Assembly: GCA_040218735.1 (NCBI GenBank)
Contig: JAVJQW010000033.1
Coordinates: 1-64,000 of the forward strand
Reading direction: 5' to 3'
Length of the DNA stretch: 64,000 bases
DNA from: Deltaproteobacteria bacterium
Lineage (GTDB): Bacteria; Myxococcota; Kuafuiibacteriia; Kuafuiibacteriales; Kuafuiibacteriaceae
Shown one piece after another: positions 48,433 through 57,739 of this stretch. The notes beneath the pieces are model-generated. The model saw only the letters and a program-made list of their open reading frames with translations, had not been told where the DNA came from and searched no databases. A program made the translations under genes and the position numbers. Position 1 is the first letter of the stretch. Each line of letters opens with the position of its first letter.

Positions 48433-50589
48433 ATGAAGCGCTCGAAAGCTCTCCCGCTCTCCTTCGGTTTGATGTTTGCCGTCGCGTGCGGCGGCAGTGA
48501 CGGTGCCAAGGGTCCGGCCGGCGATCCTGGCGCGCAGGGCCCCGCCGGCCCCGCGGGTCCGGTCGGCGGTACCGGCGACCCCGGTACGGACGGCACGAAC
48601 GGCAACGACGGCCGCGACACGATCTTCTCAGGCCCCGGCCTCGCGTTCGAGATGATGAACGCGTCCCTGACCGGCACGACCGCCACGGTCGAGTTTACGG
48701 TCGCCGACGGTGACGGAACCCCGCTCGACGTCGACGGTCGTTACACCGAAGGCGCCGTCTCCGTGAGCTTCGTCCTCGCGGCGCTCGAAGAGGACGCCGA
48801 CGGCGAGGGCGTCGCGTACCACGCGTACACGACGCGCGAGCAGACGAGCCCCATCACGATGGAGACCGCCGAACAGGCGTCGACCGACAGCGGCGGCACC
48901 GTCGAAGTACTCTCCATCGAGGAGGGCCGATACCGCTACACGTTCGGGACGCCCGTCAGCGTGATGGACGAAGGGTGGACCCACACGATCGCGGCCTACG
49001 CGACGCGCACGTTCGAGGAGGTTCGCTACGTCGCGAACCACGAGCTGAACTTCCGCCCGGACGGCGCCGCCGTGACGGTCACGCGCGACATCGCCAACGA
49101 CGACGCGTGTGCCTCCTGCCACGACGACCTGTCGGCGCACGGCGGCTCGCGTCGCGACGTGTTGCTCTGCCAGACCTGCCACACGCCGGACACGGTCGAC
49201 CCGGACACCGGCAACACCGTCGACTGGAAGGTCATGATCCACAAGATCCACCGCGGCGCTTCGCTCCCGAGCGTCGAGGCCGGCGGAACCTACGAGATCA
49301 TCGGCTTCAGGCAGTCGTCGCACGACTACTCGGACGTGCACTTCCCGCAGCTCATCGAGCGCTGCGAGGTCTGCCACACCGGTGAAGATGCGGATCGCGC
49401 GCTGACCGCGCCGGCCCGCGACGCCTGCCTCTCCTGCCACGACACCACGTCGTTCGTGGACCCGCCGCCCGCCGGCATGGTCCTGCACGGCGGCGGCGCG
49501 CAGCCGGACGGTGCACCGTGCAACGTCTGCCACGCGCCGACGGGGAGCATCGCGGGCGTCACCGAGAGCCACCTCACCGCGCTCCTCGATCCGGCGAACC
49601 CGAGCGTCGGCCTCGAGCTGATGTCCGTGTCGAACAGTGGCCCCGGGATGACGCCTACCGTACGCTTCCGCGTGACGGTCGACGACATGCCGCGCGACAT
49701 CATCGCGAACCCGCTCGACACGCTGCGCCTGACCTTCACCGGGCCGAACACCGACTTCGCGACGACGTGGCAGGCGACCGTCGCGGGCGGCGGCCTCGCC
49801 GCGGTCGACGCCGCGGACGGTGTCTTCGACTTCACCGTCGGCGCCGCCCAGGCGGTCCCGGTCGGCGCGAGCGGCAGCTACACCGTCGGCATGGAAGGTT
49901 ACCTGCGCCCCGGCTCGGATCGCTTCGCGGCGTTCAGCCCCGTGATGCCGTTCGCGGTGACGGACGCGGCCGCGGTGCCGCGCCGCACCGTCGTCAGCAG
50001 CGACAAGTGCAACGCGTGTCACTACGACCTCGCGCTGCACGGTGGGCAACGCAAGAACCCGGGCGTGTACTGCGCCACGTGCCACAACGCGAACCTGACG
50101 AACGCAGGCCGCTCGCCGAAGCCCGAGGGTGAAGACATCTACGTCAACACCACCGACTTCAAGCGCATGATCCACAAGATCCACGCGGGCGAGAACCTGA
50201 CGCAGCCCTACGCGCTCGGTGGGTTCGGCGGACCGATCGACTTCGGTCACGTTCGCTACCCGGCGACGCTGTCGAACTGCGACGTCTGCCACGTCGACGA
50301 CTCGCACCAGCTGCCGGTCGCGGCGGGGGTGTTGCCGTCCATCGAAGAGGTGCGGACCTGCCTGGAGGCCCCGGGCGCCGACACCAACGACACTTGTGAC
50401 TCCGCGATGTGGGTCGTGACTTCGACCATCGTGCTGCAGCCGGAGACTTCGGCGTGCACGAGCTGTCACGACTCGCCCGCCGCGCTCGCGCACGCCAACA
50501 TCATGACCACCCCGGATGGTCGTGAGAGCTGCGCGACGTGCCACGGGTCGGGCGCTGGCTACGACGTCGACGTCGTGCACGGGAACTGA
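48433..50589 (+). CDS. OmcA/MtrC family decaheme cytochrome lipoprotein with collagen-like stalk
   Basis: Lipobox AVAC, G-X-Y repeats, 10 CxxCH in two groups of five, MIHKIH twice, HGG-x-R motifs. Confidence 0.93.
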   Translation: MKRSKALPLSFGLMFAVACGGSDGAKGPAGDPGAQGPAGPAGPVGGTGDPGTDGTNGNDGRDTIFSGPGLAFEMMNASLTGTTATVEFTVADGDGTPLDVDGRYTEGAVSVSFVLAALEEDADGEGVAYHAYTTREQTSPITMETAEQASTDSGGTVEVLSIEEGRYRYTFGTPVSVMDEGWTHTIAAYATRTFEEVRYVANHELNFRPDGAAVTVTRDIANDDACASCHDDLSAHGGSRRDVLLCQTCHTPDTVDPDTGNTVDWKVMIHKIHRGASLPSVEAGGTYEIIGFRQSSHDYSDVHFPQLIERCEVCHTGEDADRALTAPARDACLSCHDTTSFVDPPPAGMVLHGGGAQPDGAPCNVCHAPTGSIAGVTESHLTALLDPANPSVGLELMSVSNSGPGMTPTVRFRVTVDDMPRDIIANPLDTLRLTFTGPNTDFATTWQATVAGGGLAAVDAADGVFDFTVGAAQAVPVGASGSYTVGMEGYLRPGSDRFAAFSPVMPFAVTDAAAVPRRTVVSSDKCNACHYDLALHGGQRKNPGVYCATCHNANLTNAGRSPKPEGEDIYVNTTDFKRMIHKIHAGENLTQPYALGGFGGPIDFGHVRYPATLSNCDVCHVDDSHQLPVAAGVLPSIEEVRTCLEAPGADTNDTCDSAMWVVTSTIVLQPETSACTSCHDSPAALAHANIMTTPDGRESCATCHGSGAGYDVDVVHGN

Positions 50590-51926
50590 TGCAGAGGTCG
50601 GCGCTCCTCCTCGTCCTGCTCCCGCTCGCCTGCTCCGAAGCGCGCGAGCGGGAGGCTCGGGGGGACTGTGTGAGTTACGTCGAGGACGTCGCGCCGCGTC
50701 TGCGTCAGTACTGCTCGACCTGCCACGCCGAGGATCGCGCCGAAGGCGACTACGTCACCGCCACCTACGGCGCGGTCCTCCAAGGTGGCTCGGATGACGT
50801 CCCCAACGCCATCGCCGGGGACGAGGAATCACGGATCCTCCAAGTGCTCGCCACCGCCGAACGCCACCACCTCGAGGCGACCGCGATCGCTGGGCTGCTG
50901 CGCGAGTGGGTCGTCGAGTGCGAGCTCGCCCACCGCGACTCGTTCGTCCACGAGCCCGGCATCCTCGATCCGGCCAGCGACGCGTTCCATGGCGCGTCCC
51001 TCGCGGGTACCGGCGACGTCTACGCACCGTGCCGCGAATGCCACGGCGATCGACTGCGCGGCGGCGGTACGGAGGTCTCCTGCCGGACGTGTCACCGCCC
51101 GGACGCGACGGACTGCAGCGTCTGCCACCGGCCCGAGAAGGTCGACGCTCCGCACGCGCGCCACGCTGCGTTCGACTGCGAGAGCTGCCACGCGGTCCCC
51201 GAGCGCTACGACGCGCCCGGGCACCTCGACGGCACTGCGGACGTTCGCATCGTCGCCTTTGGGCTGGACGGCGCGTTCGATACGAGCGCGAAGACCTGCG
51301 AAGCCTACTGCCACGGCGAGCAGCGCCCCGCGTGGGGGTCGGGGGAGGACGCCCCGTGCGGCACGTGCCACGGCAACCCGCCGACGTCGCACGCGTTCGA
51401 CGACTGCGCGCGCTGCCACGACACCGCGACGCACGTGAACGGGGCGGTCGAGGTGTTCGAGGACTGCGACGCCTGCCACGTCCCGGCCGAGACCGGCAAA
51501 CACCGCGAGCACCTGTCGCCGCGGCTGCGCCTCACCTCGTCGATGCAGTGCAGCGACTGCCACCTCGTACCCGAGACGGTGACGGCGCCGGGGCACCTCG
51601 ACACGCCGGCTCCGGCGGAGGTGTTCGTCGAGGCGATCCTCGGGGAGAGCCTCGCCGCCGCGCGCGGCGCGAACCCGACCTACGACGGAGCGACGTGCTC
51701 CAACGTCTACTGCCACGGCGACGCGACGCTGTCCTGGGCGCCGTCCACGGAGCACGTGGTGTTCTGCGGGACGTGCCACGGGCTCCCGCCCGAGACGTCG
51801 CCCCACGAATCGTCGATGACGATCCGAACCTGCGTCGACTGCCACGCCAGCAGCGTCGATGGGTTCGGCAACATCATCTTCGTCGACGGAGAAAGTGAGC
51901 ACCTCGACGGTGAAGTCGATCGCTGA
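50589..51926 (+). CDS. Multiheme cytochrome lipoprotein, CxxxxCH/CxxCH (Geobacter-type) family
   Basis: Lipobox PLAC; 11 CxxCH plus CEAYCH and CSNVYCH; TGATG coupling. Confidence 0.9.
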   Translation: MQRSALLLVLLPLACSEAREREARGDCVSYVEDVAPRLRQYCSTCHAEDRAEGDYVTATYGAVLQGGSDDVPNAIAGDEESRILQVLATAERHHLEATAIAGLLREWVVECELAHRDSFVHEPGILDPASDAFHGASLAGTGDVYAPCRECHGDRLRGGGTEVSCRTCHRPDATDCSVCHRPEKVDAPHARHAAFDCESCHAVPERYDAPGHLDGTADVRIVAFGLDGAFDTSAKTCEAYCHGEQRPAWGSGEDAPCGTCHGNPPTSHAFDDCARCHDTATHVNGAVEVFEDCDACHVPAETGKHREHLSPRLRLTSSMQCSDCHLVPETVTAPGHLDTPAPAEVFVEAILGESLAAARGANPTYDGATCSNVYCHGDATLSWAPSTEHVVFCGTCHGLPPETSPHESSMTIRTCVDCHASSVDGFGNIIFVDGESEHLDGEVDR

Positions 51927-52548
51927 TCTCCTCGTCCTCGCGACGATCGTCTTTGCGCTGATCGCCGGAGCGATCATGGTCTGGTACCTGATACGCCAAC
52001 CCGCGCTCACCGCTGCAACCAAACTTGCGTTGCTCGCGGGCATCTTCGTCTTCCCGCTGCTGTCCGCGATGTCCGGCAACGTGTCCGGCTACGAGACCAC
52101 CCAGAAGCGTCACTTCTGCGGTGGGTGCCACGTCATGATCCCGTACACCGATGACGCGGAGAATCCGAACAGCACTTCACTCGCGTCGCTGCACGCGAGG
52201 AACGAGCTGTTCGGTGATCGCAACTGCTACCGCTGTCACGAGGACTACGCGATGTTCGGCGCCGTCACGACGAAGGCGACCGGCCTCGTGCACGCGTATC
52301 ACTACGTGAAGTCGTACTGGTCGATGCCCGCGGAGGACGCGCTCGGCAAGATGCACCTGTACAACCCGTACCCCAACTCCAACTGCATGCACTGTCACTC
52401 GACTCGGCTCCCGGGGTTCGAGGAGCTCGCGGATCACAAGGGCGCGCTCGAGTCGATTCGCGAAGGCAAGGAGAGTTGCGTGAGCTCGGGGTGCCACGGC
52501 CCGGTGCACCCGTTCTCCAAGAAGAAAGAGGAGGAGGCGCAGCCATGA
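51910..52548 (+). CDS. NapC/NirT family tetraheme quinol dehydrogenase-like protein
   Basis: Two N-terminal TM helices; FCGGCHVM, CYRCH, CMHCH, CVSSGCH. Confidence 0.85.
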   Translation: MKSIADLLVLATIVFALIAGAIMVWYLIRQPALTAATKLALLAGIFVFPLLSAMSGNVSGYETTQKRHFCGGCHVMIPYTDDAENPNSTSLASLHARNELFGDRNCYRCHEDYAMFGAVTTKATGLVHAYHYVKSYWSMPAEDALGKMHLYNPYPNSNCMHCHSTRLPGFEELADHKGALESIREGKESCVSSGCHGPVHPFSKKKEEEAQP

Positions 52549-52775
52549 CGGCGCTGTCCTCGCCGTCCGCGCATCGCCGCCTCCGCTACGCGTGCTGGAT
52601 GACCATCGCGGCGCTCGCGATGTTCGTCTGGTCCGTGATCGACCCCGGCGTCATCCCGGTGATGATCGCGATGAGCGTCGGGCAGGTGCTCGGGACGCTC
52701 GCGACGATGCTGTTCCTCTGGGTCGTGCTCTCGGACCTGCGGCGCGCACGGGTGTTGGATCGGGAACGCCGATGA
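52545..52775 (+). CDS. Small two-TM membrane protein
   Basis: 76 aa, GGAGG RBS, ATGA overlaps on both sides. Confidence 0.75.
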   Translation: MTALSSPSAHRRLRYACWMTIAALAMFVWSVIDPGVIPVMIAMSVGQVLGTLATMLFLWVVLSDLRRARVLDRERR

Positions 52776-53890
52776 TCCCGTTGCTCCTCCTCGTCGTCGC
52801 GCAGGCTGCGCCGAGTTATCGGTTGCGCGCCGACGTGCTCGCGGCGAGCCAGGCGCCCTCCGGCGTCATCGCGCTGTCGGGGGAGGCGAAGCAGGCTTCG
52901 TGGGTCTCCGCCGAGGCGCTGCTGTGGGCGGGCGACGAGGAGATCGACGCGCTGATCGCGTCCGTGCGGCTGGTGCACCCCGACGGACTGGGCGAGCTGC
53001 GCGCCGGTCGAATGCTGCTCGCGACGGGGGCGCTTCGGCCCGTGCACTTCGACGGCGCGGCGGGCCTCGTGCGTGCTCCGTGGGGTACGACCGTCGAGGC
53101 GTTCGCGGGGTCGCCGGTGGTGCCGCGTTTTGCGTACCGCGGCGGTGACTGGTTGGTGGGCGGGCGTGTCGTGCAGCGCGTGAGCGGCCTCGGCCACGTC
53201 GGCGTCGCGATCCTGCGACGCACCGACGACGGCGCGCTCGCGGACCAGGAGGTCGGCCTCGACGCGGTGTTCCTACCGGCGGAGAGCGTCGACGTCGCCG
53301 CGCGGGCCGCGTACGACCTCGTGACCTACGGCGTGAGCGAAGCCTCGATCGGCGGCGGCGTGACGCTGTCCCCGGTGCGGGTGAGCGTGCTCGCGCAGCA
53401 CCGTTCGCCGTCCCGGATCCTGCTCGCGACGTCCGTGTTCTCCGTGCTCGGCGACGTGCCTTCCAACGCATTCCTCGTCACGGCCGACTGGCGCGCGGCG
53501 CCGCGCCTCGACGTGTCGCTGACCGCCGGCGCGCGGCACGTGGACGGGTGGGGCGACGAGGTTCGCCTCGCCTCCACGTTACGTCTCGACGACCGCGGGC
53601 ACGGGGCCGTCGGCGTCGTCCTCACGCGCTACGGCGCAGGGGGCGCGAGGTGGATGGGCGCGCGGGTGTTCGTGCGCCAACCGATCGTCGATGCGTTGAT
53701 CGCATCGCTCGAGGCGGAGCTCGCGCGCACGGAAGACGGTGACGTCTGGCCGTGGGCGCTCGGTGCGATCACCTGGCGGTTCCTGCCGCGGTGGGACGCG
53801 GCGCTCGCGGTGGAGAGCAGCGCGTCGCCGACGTACCGCTACGCAGTGCAGGCGATCGGACGGGTGGGGTACCGGTGGAGCGGACCGTGA
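52772..53890 (+). CDS. Probable outer-membrane beta-barrel (porin of a porin-cytochrome complex)
   Basis: Short signal peptide, many amphipathic strands, ELRAGR...FDGA, C-terminal RVGYRW, no heme motif. Confidence 0.72.
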   Translation: MIPLLLLVVAQAAPSYRLRADVLAASQAPSGVIALSGEAKQASWVSAEALLWAGDEEIDALIASVRLVHPDGLGELRAGRMLLATGALRPVHFDGAAGLVRAPWGTTVEAFAGSPVVPRFAYRGGDWLVGGRVVQRVSGLGHVGVAILRRTDDGALADQEVGLDAVFLPAESVDVAARAAYDLVTYGVSEASIGGGVTLSPVRVSVLAQHRSPSRILLATSVFSVLGDVPSNAFLVTADWRAAPRLDVSLTAGARHVDGWGDEVRLASTLRLDDRGHGAVGVVLTRYGAGGARWMGARVFVRQPIVDALIASLEAELARTEDGDVWPWALGAITWRFLPRWDAALAVESSASPTYRYAVQAIGRVGYRWSGP

Positions 53891-54915
53891 AGCGTTTGTT
53901 GGTGTTGTTGGCGCCGGTTGCGTTCGCGGCGTGTGCGACGTTGCTCGGGATCCGTCCGCCGGAGGGCGGGCCCTTCGAGCACCGCGCGCACGTCTTGAAC
54001 GGCATCGCCTGCCTCGACTGCCATACGTCGATCCTCGCCGCGACGTCCTCCTCCGCGGTCGCGCTGCCGACCCGCGATCTGTGCTGGAAGTGCCACGAAG
54101 ATCCGCACGACAAAAAGCCCTGCCTGACCTGCCACGGCGATCGCGACACCGCGCGCCGCACGGAGATGGCGCGTTACTACCTGAGCTTCGATCACTCGAC
54201 GCACACGCCGCGGCTCGACGGGCAGTGCGTCCGTTGCCACGTCGACGTGCGCGAGGAGCGCGCGAGCCTGATGCCGAAGATGGGCGTCTGCCTCTCCTGC
54301 CACGCACACGAAGACGACTTCGAGGTGCGCGACTGCGACCGCTGCCACGTCGCGCTGGAGGCGGAGACGGTGCGCCCCTCGAGCCACGCGGTGCACGCCG
54401 ACGACTTCGTTCGGTCGCACGGTCCGCAGGCGTCTTCGTCCGCCGACCTCTGCCGGACCTGCCACAGCGAACGCGAGTGCGCCTCCTGCCACGGCATCTC
54501 CGTGCCCGCGTTGTCCTGGCGCTTCGAGCTCGACAACCCGCGGCGCGCGGGGCTGCACCGCGCGAACTTCGTCGCTCGCCACGCGACGGAGGCGCGCGTC
54601 GACGCGAGCGCCTGTCTGTCGTGCCACACCCGCGAGACGTGCCAGAGCTGCCACGCGCGCGAGGACGTCGCGACCGGCTCCACGAAAGTGAGCCCCCACC
54701 CGCCGGGGTGGGTCGGCGTGAATTCGAACCGCCACGGGATCGAGGCGCGGCGGGATCCGCTGGCGTGTGCGTCGTGCCACGGCGGCGCGGGCGAGATGTT
54801 GTGCGTCGACTGTCACGCGGTGGGCCGCTTCGGCGGATCGCCCCATCCGCCGGGTTACCGCAGCGCGAAGAACCGCGCGCGCGACGTGCCGTGTCGCTGG
54901 TGCCACGTCCCGTGA
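53887..54915 (+). CDS. 13-heme cytochrome c (c3/c7-like N-terminus), lipoprotein
   Basis: Lipobox FAAC; FEHRAH and FDHSTH; 13 CxxCH. Confidence 0.92.
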   Translation: MKRLLVLLAPVAFAACATLLGIRPPEGGPFEHRAHVLNGIACLDCHTSILAATSSSAVALPTRDLCWKCHEDPHDKKPCLTCHGDRDTARRTEMARYYLSFDHSTHTPRLDGQCVRCHVDVREERASLMPKMGVCLSCHAHEDDFEVRDCDRCHVALEAETVRPSSHAVHADDFVRSHGPQASSSADLCRTCHSERECASCHGISVPALSWRFELDNPRRAGLHRANFVARHATEARVDASACLSCHTRETCQSCHAREDVATGSTKVSPHPPGWVGVNSNRHGIEARRDPLACASCHGGAGEMLCVDCHAVGRFGGSPHPPGYRSAKNRARDVPCRWCHVP

Positions 54916-56273
54916 AGCGTTGGGTCGCCGCGTTGTTGTTCCTCGTCGCGTGTGATGCGCCGACGCGCCCGTCCGTCTACGTCCCGGAGTCGTGGAAGGA
55001 GTACCGCAAGGGCATCGGCCACCTCGTGCACCTCGAGGCGGAGGACATCGCGTGCGCCGACTGCCACCCCGCGGAGGGGAGCGGCTTCGCTTCTCCGGGT
55101 GATCTGATCTGCGAGCGGTGCCACGAGGACGTCCTGGATCGGACGCACGTGTCCGCCGAGGCGCCGAAGAGCAAGTGCCTCGAGTGCCACGGCTTCAAGG
55201 AGGTCACGGAGGTCGCGCCCGACGCCTGCGCGCGGTGCCACGAGGACGCCGAGGTCCACACGGACAAGTGCACTTCGTGCCACCAGCCCCACGGCACCAA
55301 GCCGCGCGCCCGCTGCGAGACGTGCCATGAAGAGGTCAGCTCGGCGCTGCACGTCACCATCCGCGATCCGATCGAACGCTGCGAGGCCTGCCACGAACCG
55401 CACGGTGACGTCCGTTCGTGCGCGAGCTGCCACGAGGACAAGAAGGCGGCGCCCGGTCACGAGGGTTGCTCGGACTGCCACGTCGCGCACGACGAGCCGA
55501 AGACCTGCGCGAGTTGCCACACGAAGCAGTCGGACCTCGGGCACGAGAAGTGCTCGGACTGCCACGACCCGCACCGCGAGTCGAAGCCCCTCGACGCGTG
55601 CGCGACGTGCCACACCGACGTGTTAGTGAACCACGCCGACAAGAACGCGTGCGCCGACTGTCACGCTGGGCACGCGAAACCGACGCTCACCTGCACGAAG
55701 TGCCACGAGAACGCCCCGTCCGACCGCGCGCTGCATGCGAGCAAGACGGATTGCAAGAGCTGCCACCAGCCCCACGGGATGCAACCGCTCGATTGTTCGC
55801 GCTGCCACGCGACGGTGCTCCCGATCGCGCCGCACGAGGACTGCGCGTCCTGCCACGACACCGCGCACGCTCCGAAGAAGGACGACGCGGCGTGCGCGAC
55901 GTGCCACGAGGTCGGCGGCCACGAAAAGTGCGGCGACTGCCACGAGCCTCACACCGGGCGCACTGCGAAGAAGGACTGCGCGTCGTGCCACGACAAGGTC
56001 ACGGCGCACGGCAAGAAGGCTTGCGCGACGTGCCACGATCAACACGCGAAGAACGAGCCGCCGGCGTGTGTCTCTTGCCACGAGGTGCTGCCGGCGCTGC
56101 ACGGCGACCCCGGGCACCGCGACTGCAGTGGGTGCCACGAGGCGCACGGACCGCGCCCGGTGTCGGACCGGCGAACGTGTGGCCGTTGCCACGAAGGTCT
56201 GGAGACACACGAGCCCGCGGCGTCGTCGTGCCGCGGCTGTCACCCGTTCACGACGGCCGCCGTACCACGATGA
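54912..56273 (+). CDS. 25-heme cytochrome c lipoprotein
   Basis: GTG start overlapping the upstream stop, lipobox LVAC, 25 CxxCH in 453 aa. Confidence 0.92.
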   Translation: MKRWVAALLFLVACDAPTRPSVYVPESWKEYRKGIGHLVHLEAEDIACADCHPAEGSGFASPGDLICERCHEDVLDRTHVSAEAPKSKCLECHGFKEVTEVAPDACARCHEDAEVHTDKCTSCHQPHGTKPRARCETCHEEVSSALHVTIRDPIERCEACHEPHGDVRSCASCHEDKKAAPGHEGCSDCHVAHDEPKTCASCHTKQSDLGHEKCSDCHDPHRESKPLDACATCHTDVLVNHADKNACADCHAGHAKPTLTCTKCHENAPSDRALHASKTDCKSCHQPHGMQPLDCSRCHATVLPIAPHEDCASCHDTAHAPKKDDAACATCHEVGGHEKCGDCHEPHTGRTAKKDCASCHDKVTAHGKKACATCHDQHAKNEPPACVSCHEVLPALHGDPGHRDCSGCHEAHGPRPVSDRRTCGRCHEGLETHEPAASSCRGCHPFTTAAVPR

Positions 56274-56928
56274 TGTTGCTGTGGTTGAGCAGTCGGAGGT
56301 CGTGGGTGAGGACCTCGAAGCCGGCGTCGCGGCACATCGGTGGGAAGGAAGCACCGGTCGTCGCGGAGAAGCCGGCGTCCTGCGCGCCGGGGAGCTGGGC
56401 GGCCTGCTTGGTCTTGTCGGAGTACTGGAGGACGGCGATGCCGCCCGGGCGCAGCACCCGGAACGACTCGCGGACGTAGGCTTCGACGACGGGCACCGGG
56501 AGGTGCACGAGGGTGCCGAAGCTGAAGACGAAGTCCACGCTCGCGTCGGCGACGCCGCGCATCTCGTCGCCGCTCGTCAAGTAGAACTCGAAGCGCGGGC
56601 CGAAGCGGTGCTCGAGGTATTCGCAGAACTCGGGGACGATCTCGACGACGATGATCTTGCGGGCGCGCAGGAGGAACTGCGTCCACCGCCCGCCGCCGGA
56701 GCCGATCTCGAGCACGGTGCTGCTCGGGCGGACGTAGGGGCGGATGTAGCGGTCGACGACCCGGCTGAGATCGCCGGGGATCTTACGTCGCCGGGCGTAG
56801 CGCTCGACGAGGTAACGCAGCGTGCCGTGGCGCGGGTCGCCCCACTGCGTGCCGTACAGGAAGGGGTCGTCGGCGGCGAGGTGGGCCCGGATGAGGGCGC
56901 CGTACTGGAGCGCTTCGTCGTGTGCCAC
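56248..56928 (-). CDS. Class I SAM-dependent methyltransferase
   Basis: VLEIGSGGGRWT, SVDFVFSF...VHL, FRVLRPGG. Confidence 0.88.
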   Translation of the reverse strand: MAHDEALQYGALIRAHLAADDPFLYGTQWGDPRHGTLRYLVERYARRRKIPGDLSRVVDRYIRPYVRPSSTVLEIGSGGGRWTQFLLRARKIIVVEIVPEFCEYLEHRFGPRFEFYLTSGDEMRGVADASVDFVFSFGTLVHLPVPVVEAYVRESFRVLRPGGIAVLQYSDKTKQAAQLPGAQDAGFSATTGASFPPMCRDAGFEVLTHDLRLLNHSNIIVVRRPS

Positions 56929-57061
56929 GGGCGAAAACGGGGGTAGCAGCCCCGATTCGGGTGTGTCGAGTGGCGCCGGATGTCGTGATTTCAGAGGGTT
57001 GGCGAGAACGACGAAAAAACATGGAACCGACCGAAACCGCGCGTGGTCCGTTCTAGAGTTG

Positions 57062-57739
57062 ATGGTGCGCGCCATGGCGAACCCCCGGCCCACTGCCCCC
57101 GACGTCCAGCGGCCGCAACAGAAGCTGGAGTTGGCGAAGCCCGCCGAGCCCAACGGAGGTACGACCTCCGGTGTGGAGGACGTCGCCCTCGTGGAGCGCA
57201 TCGCGGGCGGTGATGACGCCGCCTTCGAGCAGCTCGTCGAGCGGTACCAACACCGCATCTTCTCGTTCTGCGCGCGGATGCTGCAGGACCGACAGGAAGC
57301 CGAGGACGTCGCGCAGGACGTCTTCATCACGCTGTACAAGAACGCCGGGGAGTTTCGAGGGGAGTCGCAGTTTTCGACGTGGCTGTTTCGAATCGCCAAG
57401 AACCAGACGCTCAACCGCATCAAGTACCTGGAGCGGCGCGGTCGTTCGAAGAAACGATCCGTCGACGAGCTCGCGGACGACGGACCGGGGGCGCTCGCCG
57501 ACCCGCAGGACGTCCCGGCCGACGACCGCATCGCCGATGCGCAGCGCGCGGCCCTCGTCCAGGAGGCGATCGGGACGCTCGCAGAAGATCACCGTGCAGT
57601 CGTCGTGCTGCGCGACATGGAGGATCTCTCGTACGAAGAGATCTCCGAGATCACCGGCCTGCCCATTGGCACGGTGAAGAGCCGCATTCACCGCGGGCGC
57701 AGCGCGCTCGCGCGTCGGCTCAAGAGGATTTTTGGATGA
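57062..57739 (+). CDS. ECF sigma factor (SigW/RpoE-like)
   Basis: AFEQLVERYQ, EAEDVAQDVF, FSTWLFRIA, LSYEEIS, GTVKSRIHRGR. Start at 57062 or 57074. Confidence 0.95.
   Translation: MVRAMANPRPTAPDVQRPQQKLELAKPAEPNGGTTSGVEDVALVERIAGGDDAAFEQLVERYQHRIFSFCARMLQDRQEAEDVAQDVFITLYKNAGEFRGESQFSTWLFRIAKNQTLNRIKYLERRGRSKKRSVDELADDGPGALADPQDVPADDRIADAQRAALVQEAIGTLAEDHRAVVVLRDMEDLSYEEISEITGLPIGTVKSRIHRGRSALARRLKRIFG

Noticed and set aside
57023-57052. ECF autoregulatory promoter GGAACC...GTC/CGTT
   Set aside because: Plausible, but spacing is ambiguous and a single instance is insufficient.
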